From Candidatus Poribacteria bacterium (lineage in GTDB: Bacteria; Poribacteria; WGA-4E; WGA-3G): a stretch of 64,000 nt of DNA. Below, in pieces: positions 28,316 through 37,546 of the stretch. Each line of letters begins with the position of its first letter. Positions within the stretch are counted from its first letter, which is position 1. The notes beneath the pieces are model-generated. The model saw nothing but the letters and a program-made list of their open reading frames with translations. It was not told the origin of the DNA and ran no database searches. Position numbers and translations under genes: made by a program. The DNA is taken from NCBI GenBank assembly GCA_965205015.1, contig OZ242029.1, positions 992,001 to 1,056,000 of the forward strand, read 5' to 3'.

Positions 28316-29434
28316 TTAAGTCCTCTGGAGCTTTTCAAAAACATCAAGATATTGCTGTGCTATGTTTTCCCAATTAAATCGTTTTCGGATCTGTTCCGGT
28401 GCGCGCTGCCGGAAATCCTCAACCTGTTCGGGATTTTGTTCCAACATCTGAATTTTTTCTGTAAGCGACGCGAGGTTTTTATCAAAAAGCACTCCATAAC
28501 GCCCACCTTCCAGCACTTCATCGTTGAAGGGCGTATTCAGTGCGAGAATGCAGTTGGAAAACCCTAACGCCTTTAGAATAGAAGGATTAATGCCACCGAA
28601 CTGGTGTCCATGGACGTAGGCAAAGCAGTGATGGTGCAGTTCTTTAATATGCTCGGAACTGTCAATATGTCCAAGAAACCTGACGTTCTCGTTCGCAATG
28701 CTTTTTAACTTCGAGAGAAATTCGTTTTCGAGTTTGTTGCCTTTGTAATCAGCGCCCCCGGCTATCGCGAGTTGTTTTCGGCTCTTTGAAGCAACGAACG
28801 CCTCTAAAATGAGGTCGGCATTGTTATCTGGAACGAGTCGACTGGCAATAAGATAATAATTCCGGGGTTCAAGTCCATAGGTCTCGAGAATTTCTGGATG
28901 TTCCGACGGCTCAATATTCGCGCCATAAGCGATATAGGTAGTTTCTGCGCCTAATTCCTCAAGATAGAGGCGCTTCATTTCAGAGGCATCCGTAATAACA
29001 ATTGGAAACGCTGCTGTCGCCATCTTTGCCGCCCACTTGAAGTAAAGGGCACCAAGCCCTTTCCATTTTGGACGGAGCCATTCCATTCCATCAACGTTGA
29101 TAACAGCGGTTTTGCCCGCGATACGGAAGAACCATCCGAACGGACCATTGCCGGCGTTCCATGTCAAAATGACATCAGATGCGGCAACCGAAGCGTGTAG
29201 CGTTGCGAGAAAACTGTGGCTCAGGGTACTGAACATCTTATGCTCTATGCTTGGCAAATAAACGAGCTTGATGCCCCTCCATTCCGCAGGTCTCTCCTGG
29301 AAAAGTGCCTTCCGGCAGTAGACGATAACTTCATGACCGGCTTCTACCCAGCGGGGGGCAAGTTCACCCATGATAGTCTCAAGTCCACTGTAGGTAGCGG
29401 GGAGCCCGCGTATTCCCAACACCCGAATCCTCAT
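28316..29434 (-). CDS. GT4-type glycosyltransferase (DUF1972/WchF-like)
   Basis: GIRGLPATYSGLET, NVDGMEW, SRLVPDNN, HGHQFGGINPS. Confidence 0.85.
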   Translation of the reverse strand: MRIRVLGIRGLPATYSGLETIMGELAPRWVEAGHEVIVYCRKALFQERPAEWRGIKLVYLPSIEHKMFSTLSHSFLATLHASVAASDVILTWNAGNGPFGWFFRIAGKTAVINVDGMEWLRPKWKGLGALYFKWAAKMATAAFPIVITDASEMKRLYLEELGAETTYIAYGANIEPSEHPEILETYGLEPRNYYLIASRLVPDNNADLILEAFVASKSRKQLAIAGGADYKGNKLENEFLSKLKSIANENVRFLGHIDSSEHIKELHHHCFAYVHGHQFGGINPSILKALGFSNCILALNTPFNDEVLEGGRYGVLFDKNLASLTEKIQMLEQNPEQVEDFRQRAPEQIRKRFNWENIAQQYLDVFEKLQRT

Positions 29435-29564
29435 TTTTCTACTTTTCCTTATATATTATACCCATCTTAGGCGTAAAAGTCCAATTTGTTTTTACGATCG
29501 GGAACCCATCGGCAATGCTTCGTATCCTTTGATGATTGGAACGGTACAAATCTTCATTTTTTTC

Positions 29565-31358
29565 CTACGGAAACCGGTAGAGGAATTTGGCTTCAATTTC
29601 ATTCGCATTTTCGCGGACCTCCGGACGATTTCCCAAGTTCCGTCTCCACACGCGCGCCCACTCTGCATAGAGTGAATAATGTCCAATAACAACCCAATTA
29701 GCCCCGACTGAAAGACGATGCTCACTCTCTGTGACACCAGATAACGGGGTCCAAACGTCGTCTCTTGGGGCATCAGCGGGATGCTCCTTGTCAATATTAC
29801 CGGACCCGTGGCGTTCCAATTCGTAACCGAAAGTCGTTTCAAGTCTATCCGTCCACCGGCGACGTAGTTCTATCCATAGATTATCAGCATCAGAACCGAT
29901 CTGATGCCCAATGGGTGTGGTGAAGTGTTTGTAAACATTCACAGGGTTTACGTGCGTATATGCGTATTGGTTTATAAAGGCGTATTCAGCATGAAAGTCG
30001 GTATCTGCGATGCCAAAAGGGTCTGTTAGATAGATACCGCCGAGGATACCAAATTTCGTATCCCAATGCTTAAAATTCGCTGCCGGGTTCCCATCATCCA
30101 CCATCAGTTCGCCATAAATTTCAAAATCGTCCACAAGGCGAAGCCGCATATCAACACTCATAAGGACATTGTCCCCACTGCCGGGGACGCGCCCATCTGC
30201 CCGTGAAATCGGTTGCTCGTTAATCAGGTAAATATTGACTGGGTTCAGATACCCGGGTTCAAAACGATCGCCGTAGACGACGACTTCAGAGAGGCCAAAA
30301 CCGAACCTATTCCAGAAGTATCCCTCAACCCTATGTCCTGAAATATACTTATCATTGATGTCCTCCGCCATATCCTCCAATACACCCGTGAATGCAGTGA
30401 AGGTGACGGGTTCGTAAGTGGCTTGGAACTTAATCATGTCCATGGCGAGTGGATTTTTGGAGACTAAAAGGCTGTCATGATAGCCAGGTCCCCACTGAAG
30501 TGTATCCTGTCCAAGCTGCAGCTCAAACCACGGCAAGTCAAACTTCAGATAGGCGTTAATAGCAGTCCGATTCTTGAGTCCACCCTCCAATTGCCTAATT
30601 TTCGTTTCATCAGGAAAGAAATCATCAAAAAATTCACCGTAGACAAACCTATGTGCGATATCAGTCGTAAAGGCGAACGTTTCTCCCACCTGTCCATAGA
30701 GATGTGGATAGAAGGTGGTAACATGCATGTTTCCTTCAGTGGGCTGTTCCTCCGACAGATTATCAACAAGATGAGCGATAACACGTTGCGAGGCTCTCAA
30801 GTCGAAAGAGAAACGATAGTTTTTACCCGTCATTGTCATGAGGTGCAATCGTCGGTTTTCGGACGGGCTATGTTTTTTCGTATCAGGGTCAGAACCCCCT
30901 CCTACATCGTTTTCTATAACCTGTTTCGGATGAATAAACCCCTCCCATGCTTCGCGGTAAAAGGTCAATAGCGTATTTAGCCGGTCTTGATCAATGGCAC
31001 TCAATGCGATTTCGCCGTTTTTCTGTTTCCGATCCACCTCTAACAGATAAGACACAACCTGTTTACGAGTGAGCGGTAATGAACCGCGCCGTATGCCGGG
31101 CAAAACCCGCTTATTAAGTAAACGATGCACAAAGCGATAGGTTTCACGATTAAAGTCTGACAAGTCCGGATTGAGCGGAACATTGATGAGCGAGGCAGCC
31201 CATGTCGTTGAGGCAGCTAAGACTAACACTGAAATACAGAGAATTAGCAGCTTTCTAACGATGGACCTTCTCGCATCATTTCCGTTCGTTTCATGATGGT
31301 GTCTGATCACGTCGCAACTGGCTTTGGAATTTGTACGTTTTTTTTCAAGAATCTTCAT
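29565..31358 (-). CDS. Capsule assembly Wzi family outer-membrane protein
   Basis: GQDTLQWGPG...LLVS, SGHRVE, YGELMVDD, GHQIGSDAD, terminal YRF; true start may be near 31283. Confidence 0.7.
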   Translation of the reverse strand: MKILEKKRTNSKASCDVIRHHHETNGNDARRSIVRKLLILCISVLVLAASTTWAASLINVPLNPDLSDFNRETYRFVHRLLNKRVLPGIRRGSLPLTRKQVVSYLLEVDRKQKNGEIALSAIDQDRLNTLLTFYREAWEGFIHPKQVIENDVGGGSDPDTKKHSPSENRRLHLMTMTGKNYRFSFDLRASQRVIAHLVDNLSEEQPTEGNMHVTTFYPHLYGQVGETFAFTTDIAHRFVYGEFFDDFFPDETKIRQLEGGLKNRTAINAYLKFDLPWFELQLGQDTLQWGPGYHDSLLVSKNPLAMDMIKFQATYEPVTFTAFTGVLEDMAEDINDKYISGHRVEGYFWNRFGFGLSEVVVYGDRFEPGYLNPVNIYLINEQPISRADGRVPGSGDNVLMSVDMRLRLVDDFEIYGELMVDDGNPAANFKHWDTKFGILGGIYLTDPFGIADTDFHAEYAFINQYAYTHVNPVNVYKHFTTPIGHQIGSDADNLWIELRRRWTDRLETTFGYELERHGSGNIDKEHPADAPRDDVWTPLSGVTESEHRLSVGANWVVIGHYSLYAEWARVWRRNLGNRPEVRENANEIEAKFLYRFP

Positions 31359-33382
31359 TTTAAAATCACCATTTGGCGTGTGGCTTTAATGTGTCCTGCC
31401 TGAAGCGTATAAAAGTAAACGCCACTTGCCACAGGTTCACCGACAGCATTCCGACCATCCCAATACGCCGCACGCGATCGCGTCCGATAAGTGCCAGCAC
31501 TTTGAAATCCGAGCGATAACCGACGGACAGATTCACCTTCTACGTTATAGATGTGAATCTCAACATCCGAACCTTCCGCCAAATCGTACGGGATCCACGT
31601 CTCAGGATTAAATGGATTCGGATAATTTACCAGAAGCACTGTTTCCTTGGGTATTGCCGTATTTATGAGACGCTCTAAGGCAGCAATGCCCTGTTGAAAA
31701 GCAAGGGAACCGTCATTCGCGCCCCGCGCTTCAGTCAGCCACTGTTCCACTAAGTCAAAATGCTCCGTTAAGGTTTCGGGGTTCCAAACCTCTCCCACAA
31801 GCGATGGGGCAGCAGGCGTACTGGATTCACCGAAATGCCCAGCAACCAGAATCAAGTCAAGAATGTTAACTTTACCATCCTTGTTCACGTCAACTTTCGG
31901 GTGTGCCGGCGTTTCCTCACCAATACTGCTTGAAATTAGGACGAGATCCCGGATATCAACGACCCCATCGTTATTTATATCCCAAGGTAATGTACGCGGA
32001 ACAGAAACTCGCTGATTCGCCTCCGGCAAAGCCGCTTGCCATCCGGCGTGCAGTCGCTCGCTGAGATGTGAGACGAGCTCAGCGTTTTCGGGAAGATCCA
32101 CGATATTAACGGTTTCATCCGGGTCGGCATCGTAGTCGTAAAGTTCTCGTCCTCTTTTTCCATCACGTCCCCACTCAGTGTATCGATACTGCATCGTCCG
32201 CATGGACCAGCCGCTTCCACCACGCTGGCTGAAAGCAGCAGTTTTCCATGGACGTGTCGGTTGCTCGATGACAGGCATCAGACTTAAACCCTCTAACGCT
32301 GAAGGCACGAGCAGCCCACACGCTTCACATAACGTTGGATAGATATCAACCAACTCAGCAAGCGCATCGGTTCGACTCGGTTGTTGCCCTGGAACACTGA
32401 TGATCATCGGAGAACGGAGCCCAACTTCAAAAAGCGTATTCTTACGCCAAGTCCCATGCTCCCCGAGATGAAAACCGTGATCGCCACAGAAAACGACAAC
32501 CGTATCTTTAGTTAGCCCAAGTGAGTCGAGTTGATTTAGGACGCGTCCGACTTGCGCATCCATATAACTTGTGGACGCGGCGTACGCCCGAATTAATTCT
32601 AAAGTTTTCTCTTCAGAAATCGGGACATCACCGGAAGGGATATCTGAATAGAGCCTAAATAGATTTATACTGTTACGTGCCACAACCGGAGAATTTTTGG
32701 GATAGTCAGAAGTAACCGGCAAGTCAAAGGTTTGTGTATTGTATAAATCGTAATACTTGCGCGGTGCGTGGAAGGGCAAGTGTGGCTTATCAAAACCAAC
32801 AGCTAAAAAAAATCGCTGGTTTTTAATATCCGCCAAAATTCCCTCTGTCTCCTTCGCAGTCTGACCATCGGTGAATGCATCGTCTGGAACGTCAAGCGCT
32901 TTCCACGATGGGCCCGGAATGAAAGCCTCCCAAGCATGATCTACCTTACCAACAGAGTGTGTAGTGTAACCGTTCTCATTAAAATATTGGCGCAAGCCCA
33001 CGACATCAGGTAATATCTCCCGAAAATCCCCAGCGTTACCCAAAATACCCGTCGTCTGGGGCCGCAAGCCAGTCAGTAGAGACGTTCGAGAAGGGTTACA
33101 GAGTGGCACTTGGCAATAAGCACGATTGAAGAGAATCCCTCGCTCCGCGAGCCGGTCAATGTTAGGTGTATGTATTTCTGGATGACCATAACATCCAAGC
33201 AAAGGACGCAGGTCATCAACAATGATGAATAACACATTGTATTGTCCCTGTGCATTCACACGGCGTTTCGGTAAAAGTCCCGTCGTAAAGGCAGCCGCCC
33301 CCGCTTTCAAACCTGTTGAGAGGAAGTTCCGCCGCGTAAATCGTCCGGAGAACGCGTGCTTCTGCTTCACATCTTTTATCAT
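31355..33382 (-). CDS. Tat-exported sulfatase (iduronate-2-sulfatase-like) with dockerin-like and FlgD-Ig/T9SS-like C-terminal domains, copy 4
   Basis: RRNFL; DDLR; CNPSRTSLLTG; KPHLP; GDHGFHLGEH; WDINNDGVVDIRDL; NYPNPFNPETWIPY. Confidence 0.9.
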   Translation of the reverse strand: MIKDVKQKHAFSGRFTRRNFLSTGLKAGAAAFTTGLLPKRRVNAQGQYNVLFIIVDDLRPLLGCYGHPEIHTPNIDRLAERGILFNRAYCQVPLCNPSRTSLLTGLRPQTTGILGNAGDFREILPDVVGLRQYFNENGYTTHSVGKVDHAWEAFIPGPSWKALDVPDDAFTDGQTAKETEGILADIKNQRFFLAVGFDKPHLPFHAPRKYYDLYNTQTFDLPVTSDYPKNSPVVARNSINLFRLYSDIPSGDVPISEEKTLELIRAYAASTSYMDAQVGRVLNQLDSLGLTKDTVVVFCGDHGFHLGEHGTWRKNTLFEVGLRSPMIISVPGQQPSRTDALAELVDIYPTLCEACGLLVPSALEGLSLMPVIEQPTRPWKTAAFSQRGGSGWSMRTMQYRYTEWGRDGKRGRELYDYDADPDETVNIVDLPENAELVSHLSERLHAGWQAALPEANQRVSVPRTLPWDINNDGVVDIRDLVLISSSIGEETPAHPKVDVNKDGKVNILDLILVAGHFGESSTPAAPSLVGEVWNPETLTEHFDLVEQWLTEARGANDGSLAFQQGIAALERLINTAIPKETVLLVNYPNPFNPETWIPYDLAEGSDVEIHIYNVEGESVRRLSLGFQSAGTYRTRSRAAYWDGRNAVGEPVASGVYFYTLQAGHIKATRQMVILK

Positions 33383-33391
33383 CTGATCTCC

Positions 33392-35443
33392 TTATTTTAC
33401 AATTACCATACGTCGCGTAGCATTCACCCCTCCTGCGCGAAGTGTGTATAAATAGACACCACTCGCAACGGGTTCTCCAACAGCATTCCGACCATCCCAA
33501 TACGCCGCACGCGATCGAGTCCGATAGGTCCCAGCACCTTGAAATCCGAGTGATAACCGACGAATAGATTCACCTTCTACATTATAGATGTCAATCTCAA
33601 CATCCGAATCTTCCGCCAAATCGTACGGAATCCACGTCTCAGGATTAAATGGATTCGGATAGTTCGCCAGAAGCACCGTTTCCGTGGGGATTGCCGTATT
33701 TATGAGATGTTCTAAGGCAGCAATGCCCTGCTGAAAAGCAAAAGAACCATCATTCGCAAGATGTGCTTCAGTGAGCCACTGTTCCACTAAGTCAAAATGC
33801 TCCGTACTCATAGTGGGGCGCGTCGACGGAGTAGCAGGAACGCTGGATTCACCGAAATGCCCAGCAACCAGAATCAAGTCAAGAATGTTAACTTTACCAT
33901 CCTTATTCACGTCAACTTTCGGGTGTGCCGGCGTTTCCTCACCAATACTGCTTGAAATTAGGACGAGATCCCGGATATCAACGACCCCATCGTTATTTAT
34001 ATCCCAAGGTAACGCTTGTGAGATAGGTATTTGTTGGTGCCCGTCCGGCAAAGCCGCCTTCCACCCAGCGCGAAGCTGCGCGCTGAGATGTGCGACGAAT
34101 TCTGCGTTTTCTGGTAGGTTCGCGATATTGACCGTCTCACCTGGATCCGTTTGATGATCGTAAAGTTCTTTACCGAGCCATGCATTTTCTCCCCATTCGG
34201 TATATCTGTATTGCTCCGTTCGCATCGAGCGTTTTCCATTCTTCTTTCCAACTTCGCTGAAGGCAGCGGACTTCCATGAAGTCGTCGGATTTTTTATAAC
34301 CGGAACCATACTAATCCCTTCTACCTGTGAAGGCGTAGGAAGTTGACATGCATCACATAACGTCGGAAAAATATCAACAAGTTCTACTAATGCATCCGTT
34401 TTGGCACCAAGATGTTTCTGACCTGGAATACTCACAATCAGGGGTGACCTAAGTGCAACTTCATACACGGTTCTCTTCCCCCACGTTTCATGCTCTCCCA
34501 GATGGAACCCGTGGTCGCCACAGAAAGCAATAACTGTATTTTCAGTTAGCCCAAGCAAGTCGAGTTGATTTAGGACGCGTCCGACTTGAGCATCTACATA
34601 ACTTGTGGACGCGGCATACGCCCGAATTAATTCTAAAGTTTTCTCTTCAGAGAGTGGAACATTTCCGGGGGGTATATCTGAATATGCTTTTATTTCATGT
34701 TTAGCGTGCGGAATTACGTGTGGAACGTCATTGGTAATTGGGGAATCATACAATTCATAATATTTTGTTGGAGCGTTGAAAGGCATATGTGGTTTGTAAA
34801 ATCCGAGCGTCAGAAAAAATGGCTGCTCCTTAACCGCCTCTAAAACTTTGATTGCATGATTCGCAATTTCTCCATCCTCCAGCTGATCGTCGGCAACATC
34901 AAACGCTTGCCAAGATGGACGCCCCTCATAAGGCCGCCACTTCGGCCACCAAATCGGAACGCTCCAAGAAAGTCTATCATTGCGTGCCTTAAGTCCATGG
35001 TCAACTTTACCGATTGAGCGGGTATGGTAACCGTGGGCTTTGAAATGCTGTGGTAACGTCACAGCATCAGGTACAGTCTGTCGAAAATCCGCGTAATTAT
35101 CCCGGACCCCGCTTGTCGTCGGACGCAACCCCGTCAGCATAGATGCCCGAGAAGGATTACAAACCGGAAATTGGCAATAAGCACGGTTGAAAAGCGTGCT
35201 GCGCTCAGCAAGCCGGTCAATATGGGGGGTATGCATCTCAGGATGTCCATAACATCCTAAAAGGGGACGCAGGTCATCTATAATGATAAATAACACATTG
35301 TATTGTCCCTGCGCATTCACACGGCGTTTCGGTAAAAGTCCCGTCGTAAAGGCAGCCGCCCCCGCTTTTAAACCTGTTGAGAGGAAGTTTCGACGCGTAA
35401 ATCGTCCGGAGAACGCGTGCTTCTGCTTCACATCTTTTATCAT
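33392..35443 (-). CDS. Tat-exported sulfatase with dockerin-like and FlgD-Ig tail, copy 3
   Basis: RRNFL; CNPSRASMLTG; same domain order. Confidence 0.9.
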   Translation of the reverse strand: MIKDVKQKHAFSGRFTRRNFLSTGLKAGAAAFTTGLLPKRRVNAQGQYNVLFIIIDDLRPLLGCYGHPEMHTPHIDRLAERSTLFNRAYCQFPVCNPSRASMLTGLRPTTSGVRDNYADFRQTVPDAVTLPQHFKAHGYHTRSIGKVDHGLKARNDRLSWSVPIWWPKWRPYEGRPSWQAFDVADDQLEDGEIANHAIKVLEAVKEQPFFLTLGFYKPHMPFNAPTKYYELYDSPITNDVPHVIPHAKHEIKAYSDIPPGNVPLSEEKTLELIRAYAASTSYVDAQVGRVLNQLDLLGLTENTVIAFCGDHGFHLGEHETWGKRTVYEVALRSPLIVSIPGQKHLGAKTDALVELVDIFPTLCDACQLPTPSQVEGISMVPVIKNPTTSWKSAAFSEVGKKNGKRSMRTEQYRYTEWGENAWLGKELYDHQTDPGETVNIANLPENAEFVAHLSAQLRAGWKAALPDGHQQIPISQALPWDINNDGVVDIRDLVLISSSIGEETPAHPKVDVNKDGKVNILDLILVAGHFGESSVPATPSTRPTMSTEHFDLVEQWLTEAHLANDGSFAFQQGIAALEHLINTAIPTETVLLANYPNPFNPETWIPYDLAEDSDVEIDIYNVEGESIRRLSLGFQGAGTYRTRSRAAYWDGRNAVGEPVASGVYLYTLRAGGVNATRRMVIVK

Positions 35444-35452
35444 CTGATCTCC

Positions 35453-37537
35453 TTATCTTACAATCACCATACGTCGCGTAGCATTCACCCCTCCTGCGCG
35501 AAGTGTGTATAAATAGACACCACTCGCAACAGGTTCACCGACAGCATTCCGACCATCCCAATACGCCGCACGCGACCGAGTCCGATAGGTCCCAGCACTT
35601 TGAAATCCGAGCGATAACCGACGGATAGATTCACCTTCTACATTATAGATGTCAATCTCAACATCCGAATCTTCCGCCAAATCGTACGGAATCCACGTCT
35701 CAGGATTAAATGGATTCGGATAGTTCGTCAGGAGCACCGTTTCCAGCGGCACTACAGAATTGATGAGGCCTTCCAAGGCAGCAATGCCTTTCTGAAAATC
35801 AAGAGAACCGTCATTCGAGAGACGCGCTTCAGTCAGCCACTGTTCCACTAAGTTAAAATGCTCCGTACTCATAGTGGCGCGTGTTGACGGAGTAGCAGGA
35901 ACACTGGATTCGCCAAAATGCACAACAACCAACAGCAGGTCAAGAATGTCAATTTCACCATCTTTGTTCACATCAACTTTCGGGTGTGTTGGCGTTTCCG
36001 CACCAAAATTGTTTGAAACCAGAACGAGATCCCGGACATCAATGACTCCATCGTCATTTACATCCCAAGGTAATGTACGCGGAACAGAAACTCGCTGATT
36101 CGCTTCCGGTAAAGCCGCTTGCCACCCAGCGTGCAGCTGCTCGCTGAGATGTGAGACGAGTTCTGCATTTTCCGGTAAAGCCGCGATATTGACAGTCTCG
36201 CCTGGGTCAGTCTCATAATCGTAAAGTTCTACGCCACGGCGGCCGTTTTGTCCCCATTCGGTGTATCGGTACCGCCGCGTACGCATGGAGTGACCATGTA
36301 TATTACTGCCTCTCTCGAGTTGACTAAACGCTGCGGCCTTCCATGGATATGTCGGTTGTTCAATAACAGGCACCATACTAATACCTTCTAACTCTGTTGG
36401 AATAGGTAATTGACACATATCACACAAAGTCGGATAGATGTCAACAAGTTCAACAAGAGCATTGGTTTTAGTATTAGGGGAGGTTTGACCCGGTACGCTA
36501 ACTATCAGTGGTGAACGTACAGAATCTTCAAACAAAGTATTTTTTCTCCAGAGCCCGTGTTCACCCAGATGAAATCCATGGTCTCCCCAGAAAACCACGA
36601 CTGTGTTTTCCGTGAGCCCCAGCGTATCTAATTGATTGAGGACTTGGCCCACCTGGGCATCAACGTAACTTGTCGTTGCCGCATACGCCCGAATTAACTC
36701 TGAAGTTTTCTCGTCATCAAATGGCGGATACTTTGAGATATCTTGATACGCTTTTAATCCCTTAGGATTGGAAGCTATCTCCGGAGCGTCTTGGGGAAGA
36801 CTGGAATCAACAGGAGCAGTAAAGGTTTGAGGCGGATATAGATCAAAATATTTGCTTGGGGCGTAGAAGGGCAAATGCGGTTTGTTGAAACCGACGGCAA
36901 GGAAAAATTCTCGATCCTTAATCTCCTCTAAAACTTCCACTGCTGCATTTGCGATCCTGCCATCTTCTAATTCACTATCAGCAACATCAAGCGCTTGCCA
37001 CGATGGATTCATTGTTTTATCAATAGGTCTCCAAAACTCTCTCCAAATTGGATCACTCCAAGAAAGTTGGTCCAATAAGGCGTTAGGACCGTGCGTGATT
37101 TTACCGACAGACCGTGTATGATAGCCGTGAGCTTTGAAATGTTGTGGCAACGTTACAACTTCCGGTACTGTATTACGAAAATACGCGAAATTATCATATA
37201 CACCCGCTGTATCGGGTCTGAGACCGGTAAGAACAGAAGCCCGTGAGGGATTGCAAACCGGGAATTGGCAATAAGCACGGTTGAAGAGTGTACCCCTCTC
37301 GGCTAAAGCATCAATGTTGGGGGTGTGCATCTCTGGATAGCCGTAGCATCCAAGTAGCGGTCGTAAATCATCAATAGCGATGAACAAAACATTATATTTC
37401 CCTTGGGCACTCGTTTTTCGATTCGGTAGAAGTCCAGTTGCAAAAGCAGCCGCGCTTGTCTTCAAACTCGTTGAAACAAACTCCCGCCGAGTAAATCGCC
37501 GGGAGACTACTTTTTCATGCTTCATATCTTTTATCAT
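35453..37537 (-). CDS. Tat-exported sulfatase with dockerin-like and FlgD-Ig tail, copy 2
   Basis: RREFV; CNPSRASVLTG; same domain order. Confidence 0.9.
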   Translation of the reverse strand: MIKDMKHEKVVSRRFTRREFVSTSLKTSAAAFATGLLPNRKTSAQGKYNVLFIAIDDLRPLLGCYGYPEMHTPNIDALAERGTLFNRAYCQFPVCNPSRASVLTGLRPDTAGVYDNFAYFRNTVPEVVTLPQHFKAHGYHTRSVGKITHGPNALLDQLSWSDPIWREFWRPIDKTMNPSWQALDVADSELEDGRIANAAVEVLEEIKDREFFLAVGFNKPHLPFYAPSKYFDLYPPQTFTAPVDSSLPQDAPEIASNPKGLKAYQDISKYPPFDDEKTSELIRAYAATTSYVDAQVGQVLNQLDTLGLTENTVVVFWGDHGFHLGEHGLWRKNTLFEDSVRSPLIVSVPGQTSPNTKTNALVELVDIYPTLCDMCQLPIPTELEGISMVPVIEQPTYPWKAAAFSQLERGSNIHGHSMRTRRYRYTEWGQNGRRGVELYDYETDPGETVNIAALPENAELVSHLSEQLHAGWQAALPEANQRVSVPRTLPWDVNDDGVIDVRDLVLVSNNFGAETPTHPKVDVNKDGEIDILDLLLVVVHFGESSVPATPSTRATMSTEHFNLVEQWLTEARLSNDGSLDFQKGIAALEGLINSVVPLETVLLTNYPNPFNPETWIPYDLAEDSDVEIDIYNVEGESIRRLSLGFQSAGTYRTRSRAAYWDGRNAVGEPVASGVYLYTLRAGGVNATRRMVIVR

Positions 37538-37546
37538 TTGTTCCCC

